Shown here piece by piece: positions 16,021 through 30,935 of a stretch of DNA of 64,000 nt. This DNA comes from Octopus vulgaris. Its lineage: Eukaryota. The notes below the pieces were generated by a model, which was given only the letters and a program-made list of their open reading frames with translations, had not been told where the DNA came from and searched no databases. The stretch is taken from contig OX597818.1 in assembly GCA_951406725.2 (NCBI GenBank), positions 104,160,001 to 104,224,000 of the forward strand, given 5' to 3'. Position numbers and translations under genes: made by a program. How positions within the stretch are numbered: position 1 is the first letter of the stretch; the number at the start of each line of letters is the position of its first letter.

Positions 16021-17567
16021 TTAAGATCAAATTCTGATGGAAAATATTCTCAATATTTTACTTATATTCGCACACACACACGTACACACAAACATCCACG
16101 CGCGCGCATATAAACAAACATATACACACACATACACACACACACACACACACGCAAACGCCCACACGCTTATGTAAACAGGGCGCCTGAGAGAAAGAAA
16201 TATCGTCATGTGATGAAAAGCAGACACACACATAAAGAGAATGAAGAAAACGAATGGAAAGAATTAAACAATGGAACTAAAATAATGAAATAATACAATG
16301 AGATAGGGCTTTGTAGGATACGATCAGAAGTTTAGGGGCAGATCATGGGAACTAATCTATATTTAGCAATAGACCCAAATTTGTATACATACAGTTACAC
16401 ACATACGATATTTTTTTAATATCATTTCTCCAGGCCAAATTAAAGATACAAGTTAGGAAAAAAATTTAAATAAAGAAGAAACCAATATTGGAGAAAAAGA
16501 AGGAAAATATTATTCTTCATTTACGTCTGTTCGATATTTGCTTCTCAATTACGATGTTGATCTTTAAGCGTGTTAATATACTTAAGTAAGTAATTAACTG
16601 AAAACTCGACACGATTTCTATACATGAGATATGCACTCACCTTCTGCTAGATGGCGCTAACAGCTAAAATTGTGTCTAATTAGTGGCCAGAAGGCATTGC
16701 ATACTAGCGAAATGTTTGTAGATTAAGAACTAAATTAAAAGAGAAAACATCATACAAAATCTGTGTGATATTTTAATTAAGAAATAAATCGCAGAAACTT
16801 GGTATACAATACTGCGATTTTGATGATTTTTTTTTTACCATATGTTTTTTTTTCTGAATTATGCAAAAGTATTTTAATTGGTTTTCTCTGGAACTATATA
16901 AAAAGTGTTATCTATCTATTTATCTAACAATCAATGTATACATGTGCGTTCTCACACACACACACAGTGATGCATATACATATGTACACAGACAGACACG
17001 CATACACACAAATATATGCATACCTAAATATGTAAATACACACATGCACTCACACACGCGTGCACACACATATACAAGTATACATTCGTATATATGTCAG
17101 TGCGTGTATGTGTATTTTCATATGTCTATATACGTATTTCATATTAGCGACAAAAGAAGTATTAGTGAGGAAGTGCAAGCTGTATGTATTACTGAATGTT
17201 TATATAAGAACAAAAGAGACACAGTACCGTTGTATGCCTATAGGGTAAGTGTATATTGCCAAAAAGCTTTCTCAAGCTGAATGCCACAGTATTCTAGCTA
17301 TGTTTTACTATATACCGGTTAAGTAAGAAACATAGATTGTTCCCTACTGATATATATATATATAGGGATATTAATATAAGCGCTGGAATACATAAGTTTA
17401 TGACATTTATCCTAAATTGCCACTACACGTACTCTGTATGCTATAACTGGAACACTGCCAAGAACAATCTTCGACTAACCATTATACTGGAAGGGGAATT
17501 GAAAATAATAATATAAGTGGAGCTCTAACACATACTCTTGTATTCATCATCTAACTGTACACACAAG

Positions 17568-17636
<69 letters not shown>

Positions 17637-17981
17637 TATATACATATATATATATATACATATATATATATACATATATACATATATATATACATATATA
17701 TATATATACATATAATATGTGTGTGATGCGTATATATATGTATGTATATATACACATCTGTATATTCCCTGAGATTCTTTTTTAATCTCAACAATCGCAT
17801 CGTTGCGTTGCTGGTAAGTTGCTGGTACAATTGGCTGTTGTGCATCCTTTGCGGCAGATGTGTGTATCGTCAGGTGATTGATAAAGAATCTCATGAATTC
17901 CATTTTCTATTTTGTCTTATCTGTTACATACTCGACGGAAACTAAATCAATCCTGAAGTAGAACAAGTTGAATATATTTAT

Positions 17982-18217
<236 letters not shown>

Positions 18218-18218
18218 G

Positions 18219-18436
18219 TTTCTTTATTGGCCACACAGGGCTGCACACAGATGGGACAAGTTACAAGGTAGAGCTTTTCTTTTGGGGGATTAAGAGAACA
18301 AAAAACAAAAGAAAAAAAAAGGGGTGGCGTAGGTTTTCGATCAAGAGGGATTGTAAAAGGGAAGAAAAGAACAAAAAAAAATTTGAATAAAATAAAAGGA
18401 ATAAAAGGAAAAAAAGAAAAGGAAAAGGAACAGATT

Positions 18437-18508
<72 letters not shown>

Positions 18509-19236
18509 TGTTTCTTTATTAGCCACACAGGGCTGCACACAGATAGAACAAATTACAAGGTAGAGCTTTTCTTTTGAAGGTTTAAAAAAAAAAAAAAAAA
18601 AGGAAGGGGGAATTTCGATCAAAAGGGATCGTAAAAGGAGAGAAAGTGGCCAAAAAAAGGGGGGTTAAAAAAAGGGGAGAGGAAAAAAAAAATTGAGCAA
18701 TAGGGATCGTTATCACAGAAATGTCAATATGAAGTGTAAAGGGGAGGACAGGTGAGGTTTACCCGTGGAAAGAAAAGCCTACGGAAAAGACCACGGTAAC
18801 CTCGGTCAATGGAGTCACATGTTATATTTATTTTTTTTTTTTTTTTTTTGCGAATAAGCAACTCTGTTTTCAATTTCTGGGTTCATAGGATCATGCTCAA
18901 GGTGGCTTCGTCATTCATACGTGCCATTCTTGCTACATTCACCCATCTTTTTTTAAAATATTCGCTAGACAAAACTTGCCTCTCTACTCTCACTTTCCTT
19001 TTCAAGTGATACGTGAAGAAGTTGATGAGAGATTGACCAGAGAGGAAAGCGTTTGTCTCCAATCCTTTCAGACGCGTCCACCAGATACATTCTTTCGCCA
19101 TAGCCACAAGGATGATGAAAATAGCTCTTCCTTCCCGTTTGAAGGAAGGAGGCGTGACAATATTGACGATAGACTCAGCTGATAAACCGACTCGTCCCAC
19201 ACGTGACAGCAGTTGTTCGACATAAGCCCACAGGTC

Positions 19237-19238
<2 letters not shown>
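18219..19238 (-). mobile_element. Tx1/L1-group LINE 3' end (ORF2 tail + 3' UTR), with a second tandem 3' UTR copy, in (GATA)n
   Basis: DLWAYVEQLLSRVGRV...LVAMAKECIWWTR...F.KRW matches the L1/Tx1 tail pattern (AK..IW..R). 3' termini at ~18219 and ~18511 share tttctttatt.gccacacagggctgcacacagat; every junction is (GATA)n. Confidence 0.7.
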
Positions 19239-19331
<93 letters not shown>

Positions 19332-19909
19332 CGACAAACAGATAGACAGATAGAGAGATATGAATGTGTTATTCTACGGGATTCAGTTGAAATCAATTGA
19401 GAAACGATTTTTTTATCGGCAAGGGTAACATGAGATTTCAAAATGCAAAAGTGTTTGATCAATTCAAAATCTAGTGTAAAAATTGAGCCAAAATTTGAAA
19501 GGATGTTGGAATACATAATTCAAATGTTTATTTGTGAATTATATTTAGTCTGGAACATATCCAGTTGGTTATTCAATCCATTTGTTAAGAGTTTCACATT
19601 CATTAAAGTGATCGAATGTTTTCCGTAGCTATATGTAGAATAAATGCTTCGCTCTCAGTATATCCATTGGTTTCCCCTTACCATTATTTATACTTATGTC
19701 TAGGAAGAATACTATCTTTAAGTTACTGTTTATGGTTTATATTTTAGCCAAACACATTATTTTTTTTTTCTTATGCACTTTCGAAATTTGTCCACGGACA
19801 TTAAAATTGCTCTGAATTATTTTGCTTTTAATTTTCGGCTGAGACCTTTACCGACCAATAACTCGTTTCTCGGTTTAGCTAAAAGGAATAATGTTAAACA
19901 ACACATTCG

Positions 19910-20031
<122 letters not shown>

Positions 20032-20999
20032 CGTCATGATGTATGAGATTTTTAAACCGTCATCTCTGTACAGTTGAGAAAATATGAGAAAGCTCTGCTT
20101 TCTTTGTATACTAAACACAAAATAAATACACCAGAACAGACATTTCATTTTATGATGACCCCATGGAGAAGCCGGAATAATGACCATCCTCCTTTTTCGC
20201 TAAGCAGAAATTTTGTAAACATAACACTAACTTCCGAAATTTAATTATTAACCAGGTGTATGAGTCGCAAACTGTAATAAAAATCTTTTCTGGCCCTAAA
20301 GGCTTTCAGTTTCAGTCAGTTATCGATAATGGAATCGATGCTATACCGAGTAATCCTAAACATCACGACACTTAAAAGTCGTTTTACATGGCGTACATTT
20401 TCAAGTTGCATAACAATTAGCTTGAAAATTATTGAGAACGGAAAGTGAATCTTACATAATGTCATTCGTCTGCAAATAACGACCGATATAGGGGGACAAC
20501 TCTGAGAAACCTAATCCACAATGCAGATAGTTTCGAAACGGCATGTTTTGTTTAATCAATAAGTACAAGCTAATAAATCTCACTGCATTGCTTTTGAAAC
20601 GGACGTCACATATATTATTTCACTGTTGTTAATGAATTTTGTTTTTCCTACATCTCGAGAATTTGAGACACTCCAATGAGATGTACAACCATGGAATTTA
20701 ATGGATTTAGAGAAATCGTTGTTTTTGATGTCCACCGGGCTGAAGAGAATTGTTTCCTTCTGCCAGTAACAGACTTAGACTTGGTAGCCGATATTACAAA
20801 TGTGAATCGCCTATATGATGTTCTCTGAACACACTTTTGTTCAGTGAATGATGAATGATCCTTCACACGTATACATTCGTTAGTCTTTAGAACCATCCTC
20901 CAATCAAGAATCTTTTTATACTTTAGGTAGATGAAAAAATAGATAGATATATGTAACTGTCTATTTGTCTATCTGTCTGGATATCTATCTCTCTATTGC

Positions 21000-21070
<71 letters not shown>

Positions 21071-21083
21071 ATCTCTCCCTCTC

Positions 21084-21175
<92 letters not shown>

Positions 21176-21369
21176 TATATTTTCAATCTACCTGAAGTAT
21201 AAAAAGATTGTTGATCGGAGAATGGTTGTAAGGAATAACGAAATGTATCCTTGTGAAGGATCACTGATCATTTACTGAACAAATGGATGTTCGGAGAACA
21301 ATATGTAGGCTGATTCATATTTGTAACGGCGGTTATCAAATCTAAATCTGTTGCTGGCTAAATAGAACT

Positions 21370-21857
21370 GAGCGTCCAACGTACAGGCCCTGAGGTTGGC
21401 CGTCGACCAACACTTCAACGCCAAACACGAAGGGTGCGTTGTCAGAGCTAGAATGCGGGCTCTGAGGAATGAAGGAGTTGGAACCGCCCGAGAGTCCCGA
21501 GTGGCGGAGGCGCAACGAGTCAACAAGCCACCATTAGGTCCTTGACAGATGAGCAAAGGGTGCGAATTACTCGAGCCTGAAAGGATTGTGAGGCCTTTCA
21601 ACAATACTTTGCCCGACTTTTCAGGACGAATGTTGGGTCAGAACTTTAGTGCCTACATGCATGGCATGCGACGACTCTCGGCAAGAGAGGCAGAATGTTG
21701 TGAAAGACTCATCACAGCCGCGGACGTAAGGGATGCAATAGGAAACAGAGTCGCCAGGCTTGGATGGTCTGCTATACGAACTCGATTGTCATATGCCAGA
21801 CTTGTTTCGAGGCGTTTTGGCAGTGATCTACTGCAACTGACAACAAAACGTTTCGAT
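21370..21857 (+). mobile_element. Tx1/L1-group LINE internal fragment (EN-RT linker to start of RT)
   Basis: Across frameshifts: QHFNAKHEGCVVRARMRALRNEG...LSAREAECCERLITAADVRDAI...SPGLDGLLYE...MPDLF. The right end joins (GATA)n. Confidence 0.7.
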
Positions 21858-21874
21858 TGATAGATAGATAGATG

Positions 21875-21963
<89 letters not shown>

Positions 21964-22174
21964 GTTGATATGCATGTACCCATGTAAATTAAATAAATAG
22001 CCGATGGTAAAGAAAATATGTATTAAATTTGTAATTTATTAAAGTAGGATGGTATGCTAAAATTGTGTTACAACTTCAGAAGTGATTCTAAGTAATAATA
22101 TTGAAATAATGATTTTAAAAAATGGAACTCTAGATTTTTATAACCTTCAGTGAGAAAGGCGAACACATTTTATG

Positions 22175-22269
<95 letters not shown>

Positions 22270-23177
22270 GAAAAAGGACAAAGTGCATAGACTAAGACAT
22301 CTAATGTTACTCTAAAATGCTATTAAAATGCAAGAATGTTGCCTTTTTGATCCTATAGAATTCAGCAAGAAACAGCTGACAAATATATGTGACACGCACA
22401 CCGGATGAAAGGCAGCGAGGGTTTTTAAATCATTTACTTTGCTATGCTAGAAGTTACGGAGGGCAAAAGAAAAGCACATACGATTGAAAGTATCTACTTT
22501 TAGCGAGAGGGAATTTAAATAGCTTTCATATCTCTCTTACTGCCAGAAGCTGAATGGCAGGTTGAAAGTTATTGATATTCCCACCTTTATAATATCTCTA
22601 TATAGTATTAATATTTAGAAATATTTATAGATGCATCTAATAAAAATTGAATGGGAGCGCAATAAAGTAGAAATAAGTTTGCAAAAGGCCGAATAGGCAA
22701 CCACATTTCAATCATCGGGTGCACCCTCTTCATCTCATATCTACTAATGTTTGCTGATGTTTTCAGCAAGCATAAAATGTTGTTGCCGTTGTTGTGTTTA
22801 GCCAAAAGTATATATTGATGGAGACGACATAATAACAATATTTAACCATGAGCAACATTTACTTTTTGATTCAGATACAGTATACATGCAATTCATAAAT
22901 ATCGCATGTGATTTTAATTTTACTTAAGACTTCTTGCTATTGCTAACATATGAATCGACTGCCTGAAACTTCCTTTCTTGTGTACTTGTATATCTGATAT
23001 ATGCTAATGCATCTTACGTTACCACGTCGGCTCCGTATGGGATTAAATTGAACAAGATTGGGTCAATGTAAAACGAATACCGAAAAAATATTAAGCCGAA
23101 GTGGAAGATATTGCTTGTTGTTGTGTCGGCTACCTTCTATATTCTTCATTATTTTTGCTTCTCGATTGCTATAGGGC

Positions 23178-23357
23178 TCTTTTACTTGCTTCAGTCATTT
23201 GACTGCGGCCATGCTGGTGCACCGCCTTTAGTCGAACAAATCGACCCCAGGACTTATTCTATCGGTGTCTTTTGCCGAACCGCTAAGTTAAGGGGCCGTA
23301 GACAACCAGCATCGGTTGTCAAGCGATGTTGGGGGACAAACACAGACACACAAACAT

Positions 23358-23435
<78 letters not shown>

Positions 23436-23589
23436 ATACATATATACGACGGGCTTCTTTCAGTTTCCTTCAACCAAATCCACTCTCAAGGCTTTGGTCG
23501 GCCCGAAGCAATAGTAGAAGACACTTGCCAATGTGCCACGTAGTGGGAACCATGTGGCTGGTAAGCAAGCTACTTACCATATAGCCACG
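23178..23589 (-). mobile_element. SINE family A, full length
   Basis: Reverse complement of family A. Confidence 0.88.
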
Positions 23590-24090
23590 CGAAATCTTTT
23601 GAGCTCTTGGATCAATTACCTGCGTATTCATTACTCACTGCCCTTCCTCATTGTTCAACTCTGTTTTCGCAACTAATTTTTCCAGTCGTCCTTCGCACCT
23701 TCCTCATTCCAAGAAAATTTTGAAAATTTCTGAAAATTCTTACGATGTATAGTGAGCCGTTTGGCTTCTTTCTGCTTTTGCTGTTATAAGTTTTCTATGG
23801 CTGAAATAGAATTTATGCTTGTTAAGTATGATATTTCTCGTTGTTGTTCCGGTGTCACGATGCGTGTACCTGCCAGAGGAGGTTTTTGTATGAGCAATAG
23901 AGATTGATGTTCAGAACATGTGTTCCCAAACTTAAGATACATAACTGTGGACTGTTTTTTATACGGCAGAAGTGTCATTTGGATTTCTAACGTGGTGAGC
24001 AGACAGCTCTGCTCACATACTCTTCCATCTTCTATACGTAGATGTATATATACATACATACTTACGTATATACATATGTATATACATATG

Positions 24091-24145
<55 letters not shown>

Positions 24146-24482
24146 CCAACTGCAGTGTATTTGCATTTAGTTGTTGAAATATGTGACAAACATATTTCAA
24201 CTAACCTAAATTGTGATTATACGTAAACACTCCTTAGCGCAGTTACTCCGATATTTTTCTCGATCGGGCTATCTACTGGCGCAAATAAGTCAATGTGTTG
24301 GCTGAATTATACATAAAGCTATAAGCTTTATCAGTTCGTTCAGTTTTGCCTCCCTTACGTACATCTAATCGTCAACAGTCAATAAACTCGAAACATCCAT
24401 GGCTGAGTTTCCCGAGAGAGAGCGAAGCTGAACGAACGGGGTATTTTCATACCATTTTACGATAAGAAAATATTTTTTCTTC

Positions 24483-24515
<33 letters not shown>

Positions 24516-24517
24516 TA

Positions 24518-24780
<263 letters not shown>

Positions 24781-26043
24781 CATGCAAAACAGGGACCCAC
24801 GAGAGTTCTTTCCACGAGATCTGGGATTGGTGGATTTCAGTCTAATTATCTCTACCTTTTATTCAATCATCATCGTTCAGGTTGCCTCAATGTCAGGTGG
24901 CACAATGGGGGTAATTTTGAGATCAGTTTTCTAAAATCTGCTGTAGAGTGGCAGCGAAACAAAATGCTGGGAGCTTCAAAGGGTTGTGATCATTTACCAT
25001 TTACTTTCCTCGCTGATGCAGATGGCTGCTAATACTGTGCTGTTTACATATGGATGGATTAAGTATATAAAAGCAACTTCACCAAGACATTTGTCTATTT
25101 GAGCTGGAGTTGACATGCAACAAACAACTTTTGCCTGCATTTTATAACTTCGAACATTATAATCACTCAAAATTCCTTTTCAGATAAGGTTTACTCTTCC
25201 AGGACAACGCATCTTTACTCCGGGTTGCACAATCCCGATATTCTTCCTAATACTACTGTGTAAATGCCTTTCATGTCTAGTTTCAAAACAAGATACTTAT
25301 CCGTTTATTACTTGTCGTTGTTGACGTCGATGCTTTTGTTGTTTCTGTATGTCTTGTTTCTTGACAGTTCTGTTGTTGTCCTTCTTCCTGCTGTCCATTT
25401 CGTTGTTCACATTTTTATTGCCGCTGCATTAGGGATAGTAAAAATTATTTTTTTCTTCCTGCAGTCTGTGTAAAATTAGAAAAGAATCTAGCAGCATTCC
25501 GTTGCCATATTCTTCGCATCTTTAATTTCTATAAATATATTTTTTGTAAGACATAAACCAAGCGAAAGTTTCCCTGCATTCTTAGCATTACTAGCAACTT
25601 CTCATTCACCTCTACAGAGTGCAAGCTTTACAAGAAATCCATGTTATTTTTTAAAGGAAAATATAGATGTTTACATAAACACTGGATATATGGGTTCGTC
25701 GTAAAACGAAATAATAGTTGTTTTATAAGGCAGTTTATCCAAATTCACTAAAAGTGTAAACAACAAAATTCCTTGTCTTATATAAGTAAAGAGAAAATTG
25801 TGGAAAATATACGAAGAAACACAAAATCTCGTGAATATTTTCTGAGTAGTTTGAAGAAAAATAACAAAACCATCATAATCCTCTCTAATCTAGGAGCAAA
25901 GCCTGGAATTTGTGGGAGAAGGCAGCTGATTATATCGATCTAGTGCTCAACATTCATAGTATTCGAACTCAGGGAGTAGAGAATGATGAAATATCATCAA
26001 GTATTTCGCCAGGCATGCTGACAATTCTAATTTAAAAAATTAG

Positions 26044-26263
26044 ACAGTCCTTATTCAGAGACCTTTTGAGTGGGATAGACTACTCGACATGAAGACATAC
26101 TAATTGGGTCCCACCTGCAAGGTCATGCACTTTTTATTTTGATATGAAATCACCATGTCACGTGCATGTGCTTCTGATGCATGTGACCGGTGTACCCTTA
26201 TCAGACATTTTCGTATATTTTACTCCAGTGTCACTTCGATGGCATGCACTGCTCTCTCGGCCA
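26044..26263 (+). mobile_element. Retroposon 3' end terminating in (AAT)n
   Basis: Terminal cgtat.ttt.c.cca.tgtcactt.gatggcatgcact.ctctctc is shared with a ~50-bp copy at 39753-39801 that sits inside (AAT)n. Confidence 0.5.
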
Positions 26264-26309
26264 GTAATAATAATAATAATAATAATAATCATAATCATAA
26301 TCATAATAA

Positions 26310-26452
26310 GGCACTGCACACATCCTACGCAGAACACTTTCAATGCAGTAACCATCAGAGCATCACTACAAATCACACCCCAAACCCAAGGCACACAGAG
26401 CTGCGCTCGGTAGTGAAGTGAAAGCACGTTATAAAAATAAAACTACAGAACA
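26310..26452 (+). mobile_element. R4/Dong-type non-LTR element extreme 3' end in (AAT)n
   Basis: Begins GTAHILRRTLSMQ*, the restriction-like-endonuclease LINE C-terminal motif GTA.ILR, then a ~100-nt 3' UTR; (AAT)n on both sides. Confidence 0.65.
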
Positions 26453-26489
26453 ATAATAATAATAATAATAACGGATTTAATTTTTGTCG

Positions 26490-26685
26490 TTTCTACTTTA
26501 GGCACTAGGCCTGAAATTTTGGTGGAAGGGGCAAGTCGATTTCATCGACAACAGTACGCAGCTGGTACTTAATTTATCGCTCCCGAAACGAAGAAAGGCA
26601 AAGTCAACCTTGGTAGAATTTGAACACGGAACGTAAGGAGTACCGCTAAGTATTTCGCCCAGCGTGCTAACGGCTCCGCCAGCTC
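26490..26685 (-). mobile_element. SINE family B
   Basis: Reverse complement of family B; a more decayed copy lies at ~25885-26030. Confidence 0.75.
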
Positions 26686-27295
26686 AACAACAAATAAAAA
26701 CAATTTTTTCCCAAGCGCAATGTAATTTTATTTTATCGTTATTTATCATTATTTCTTAATACTTCCAGCTTATGAAAATTTCTGAAGAATATAAAATTTT
26801 CAGATGAATATTATATGCGTTTCTTAAAGTCATCAATTCTACAAAACTAAACAATAGAATACGTTCGAAGAAATATGGCAGAATCGAACCATTTCTGCCG
26901 AAAGGAATTTACTTGGATGTACAAAAAGCAACGAAATAGTAAAGTAAAAACAAAAAAAAATCACAAAAGTAAACAAAGATTATTTTGAAGAAATTTTATT
27001 TTTAAAAAATACTTCAATGAGGTGGGTGTAAATAACTGCGCAAGAATAAATATACATACATATATATATGCCTACAGAGTTATATACACCCATATACAAT
27101 GCACGGCACGCATGCTTACATACGTACATATAATATACATAATATACATATGTATGTACTTCTGCATATATTTATAGATATGTATATATAATTATATATA
27201 TATATGCATGCATAAATTCATATACATAATAGATACATAAACACATTTATAGATGTATAGATATATGTATGTATGTGTGTGCAGATATATATTTC

Positions 27296-27364
<69 letters not shown>

Positions 27365-27475
27365 GTGTATATATATATGCATATATACATACATGATATA
27401 TATACATATATATACATTATATATATATATACATACACATATACATTATATATATATATACCTATATATACACAT

Positions 27476-27540
<65 letters not shown>

Positions 27541-27687
27541 TATACATTACCTTTTTATCAATATATACATATATATATATATACATATATTGATAAAAAA
27601 GGTAAGGTATATATATTTATATATATACATTTATATACATTACCTTTTTTATCAAAATATATGTGTATATATATATCTATATATCTA

Positions 27688-27735
<48 letters not shown>

Positions 27736-28203
27736 GGTATATACACATGCCTGATTGTCATAAGAATCACTACAAGCGCTATTCTAGGATTTACGAAAGT
27801 AAACATAAGTATATGTTCCCCGGCACTTTTGCTTGTATTGTCAAACATATACAAAGTACTTGAACAAATTTCTATAGATGTGCAAACATTTCGCAGAATA
27901 ATAACTCGATTTCGCTTTGTGTGTCTATATATTGCCTAAAATATACAATATTGCACCGAAAACAAGAGGAATTTTTGCCCGTGCTGCAATCCCTTATTTA
28001 AACAAAGCGAGAAGTATGCAAGGCACTATAAAATTATAAACTCTGAAATTTATAATGGATCTTATATGCTTACATACATACATTCATGCATACACACATG
28101 TGTGTGTGTGTGTGTGCATCCGCGCGTGCGTGTTTTTGTTTTCGAACGTAAGCATGTCTGCATTAGCACACACCTATACAATCGATACATACACATAAAC
28201 ACT

Positions 28204-28261
<58 letters not shown>

Positions 28262-28325
28262 AACATTATATGTATACATGTAATGATATATATATGTATG
28301 TATGTATGTATGTAGGTATGTATGT

Positions 28326-28467
28326 ATGTATATATGCATGTATATATATATATACGTATGTGTATTTATTAACGTGTAATTTCAGCCTTTTTTTCTTTTG
28401 TTCGTGCCTGCTATGTGGCTGCAGTATTGCTGCAGAACAAATTTCACCACACTTTAGACACAGATAG

Positions 28468-28544
<77 letters not shown>

Positions 28545-28605
28545 AGAGAGAGAAGAAGAAGAAGAAGAAGAAGAAGAAGAAGAAGAAGAAGAAGAAGAAG
28601 AAGAC

Positions 28606-28610
<5 letters not shown>
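28326..28610. repeat. Inverted dispersed duplication, copy 2
   Basis: Reverse complement of ~14040-14300, including the aagactaag interruption of the (GAA)n tract. Confidence 0.9.
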
Positions 28611-28636
<26 letters not shown>

Positions 28637-28782
28637 AAGAAGAAGAAGAAGAAGAAGAAGAAGAAGAAGAAGAAGAAGAAGAAGAAGAAGAAGAAGAAGA
28701 AGAAGAAGAAGAAGAAGAAGAAGAAGAAGAAGAAGAAGAAGAAGAAGAAGAAGAAGAAGAAGAAGAAGAAGAAGAAGAAGAA
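28552..28782. repeat. (GAA)n microsatellite
   Basis: Direct inspection. Confidence 0.95.
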
Positions 28783-28845
28783 TTGCAATTCACCAAAAAA
28801 TATGGCAGAACTGGACCGACTAGTCCAGTCTCAGCAGATTTATAA

Positions 28846-28896
<51 letters not shown>

Positions 28897-29099
28897 AAAG
28901 TTGGTTATATATATATCATTTTTCATATATGTATAAGTATGCATATTTTTACTGCTATATATATTTTATTTAAATTTTATTTTAATTATATTTTCAATTA
29001 CATATATTTTACTTTTTTATATTTATATATATTATTTCTATTTAATTGTTATTTACATTTGCCGATCAGATATCGTACTTTTCCCTTCTATTTATGAAT

Positions 29100-30935
29100 G
29101 AGCTACTCCGCATGGGTCACCGGAATGATATTTGATCATTCTATAGAGTTCTTCAGTGTCGGTTTGGTGTCTGAAACGGGATAGCTTATCTTATGGGCAG
29201 ATAGAAGCTCTTTAACCTTGGTTGGTAATCTACCTAGGAGAGGGAAATCTCCGAAATAAAAGCTGAGGCCTTAGAAGTTCCTGGTTTTATCAATTTTCAT
29301 GTCACACACAAAGTCTTCTTGGGCCAACAGGTTTGGTTCGGTAGGTGTCCCAGTGTATTACAGGCTGAGCCCGGTCGTCATCCTGGCACTGTGGTTAAAG
29401 AGAAGAAGTAAAAATAAACATCCTTTGAATTTTGGCTGTTGGAATGTGCGCTCATTTCTTGATGATAATTTCAACAAGATGCCAGAAAGGCGTACTGCAC
29501 TTATTGCATGTGAGCTTAAGAAATATTCCCTTGATATAGTTGCGCTCTCTGAAACTCGTCTCTCTGGTGAGAGTGAAGTAAATTAACCTACTTATGGATA
29601 TACTATCTTTTGAAGAGGCCTACCTAAGAGTCAGCGTAGGCAATCTGGTGTTGAGTTTGCTCTAAAGAATACATTAGTATCCTCCATTGCAGAGCTTCCA
29701 AGTGGTATATCTGAACGGATCATGTCATGCTGTATTAAATTGACGAAAGGTAGGTTCCTTACCGTTGTCAGTATTTATGCACCAAACCAACAATGTCCCA
29801 TTCTTATGAAACTGTAGGACAGTTTTATGATGATCTACCACAATTATTGAGGAAAGTGTCAATTTCTGACAAGCTAGTCATATTGGAAGGTTTCAAGGCA
29901 AGAGTTGGGAAGGACTACGTTTCATGGCCTGTTTTAAGTCAACATGGGATTGGAAAATGTAATACAAATGGAGTAGCTCTTTTGACGGTTTGTACTGAGA
30001 ATACTCTGGTTGTTACCATCACACTGTTTAAGTAGAAAACTAAATATAAAACCACCTGGATGTACCCAAGACTAAGTAATGGCATCTCATAGATTATATT
30101 CTGAACAGAAAAGGTGATATGAAAGTCCAGAGAGGTGGACTGACCATCGTCTACTGCGTGGAAACAGATTTTTCGATAATGCCTAAGAATCGACAGTCTG
30201 GTCTTAAGGTTCCCAAAAAGTTAATGTGGCAAACTTTAAATTATCAAACAACTTGCTAAGATTCCAAGATACTATAGAAAGTATCAATCTTCTCCCAAAC
30301 AATCTATGGGAATATTTTAGGCTGGAAGTTCGTCAGTGGGATTTAAATCACGTAAGTCCAGTGACTGGTTCTCAGATCAGCAGTAATTCATGATCTACTT
30401 TTAGAACAACAAAACTTAAGCAATACACTTCTTTCTCAGTCCTTGAACCCCAACTCAAACGAATCTTATAGAAAGCTGAAAAGGAAATTGCAGACTGCTC
30501 TAAGGAAAATTAAAGAGGAATGATGGAATGATAGAGCAAAAGGGGCACAAAGAGCAGCTGATAGAAATGATGCCGATGGTTTGTACTTTTATGTTAAGGC
30601 GGTATATGGCCCAAAACCTTCTTCAATAACCCCACTGAGAACAGCAAAAGTATGTTTGCTTCTAACTGACACCGCTTCTATTCATAAGCGCTTGGTAGAA
30701 TATTTTCCTTCACTTTTGAATAAATCATCATCCACTGACATGAGGACGATAGAAAAAAATCGAACACCTTCCAATTATAGAAGAGACGGCATTTGAACCA
30801 ACGCTAAATGATATTTATTTCGCTGTGAATAAGCTGAATGACAATAAGTTTGTGACTGACCATACCTGTCCATTGCTGGGCTCAAATCTCATATGCGAAC
30901 CCATGGAAAACGAGCCTCCACCAACTATAATAATG
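29100..30935 (+). mobile_element. Decayed RTE-clade LINE: 5' UTR, AP endonuclease, linker, C-terminal Zn-finger; RT domain missing
   Basis: LNFGCWNVRSFLD..PERRTALIACELKKYSLDIVALSETRL; SGISERIM; VVSIYAP; KLVILEGFKARVG; HGIGKCNTNG; WHLIDYIL; TDHRLL; KAVYGP; then CD*PYLSIAGLKSHMRTH. Many stops and frameshifts. Confidence 0.9.

Noticed and set aside
17760-17955. Unique island with a strong plus-strand donor (ctg|gtaagt) and a short minus-strand ORF
   Set aside because: No convincing acceptor or recognisable peptide.
25040-25800. Coding-like strand bias suggesting an old DNA transposon remnant
   Set aside because: No recognisable motif or open frame.
27740-27940. Frame open on both strands with a minus-strand acceptor
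   Set aside because: Peptide is unrecognisable and the donor is weak; consistent with chance.
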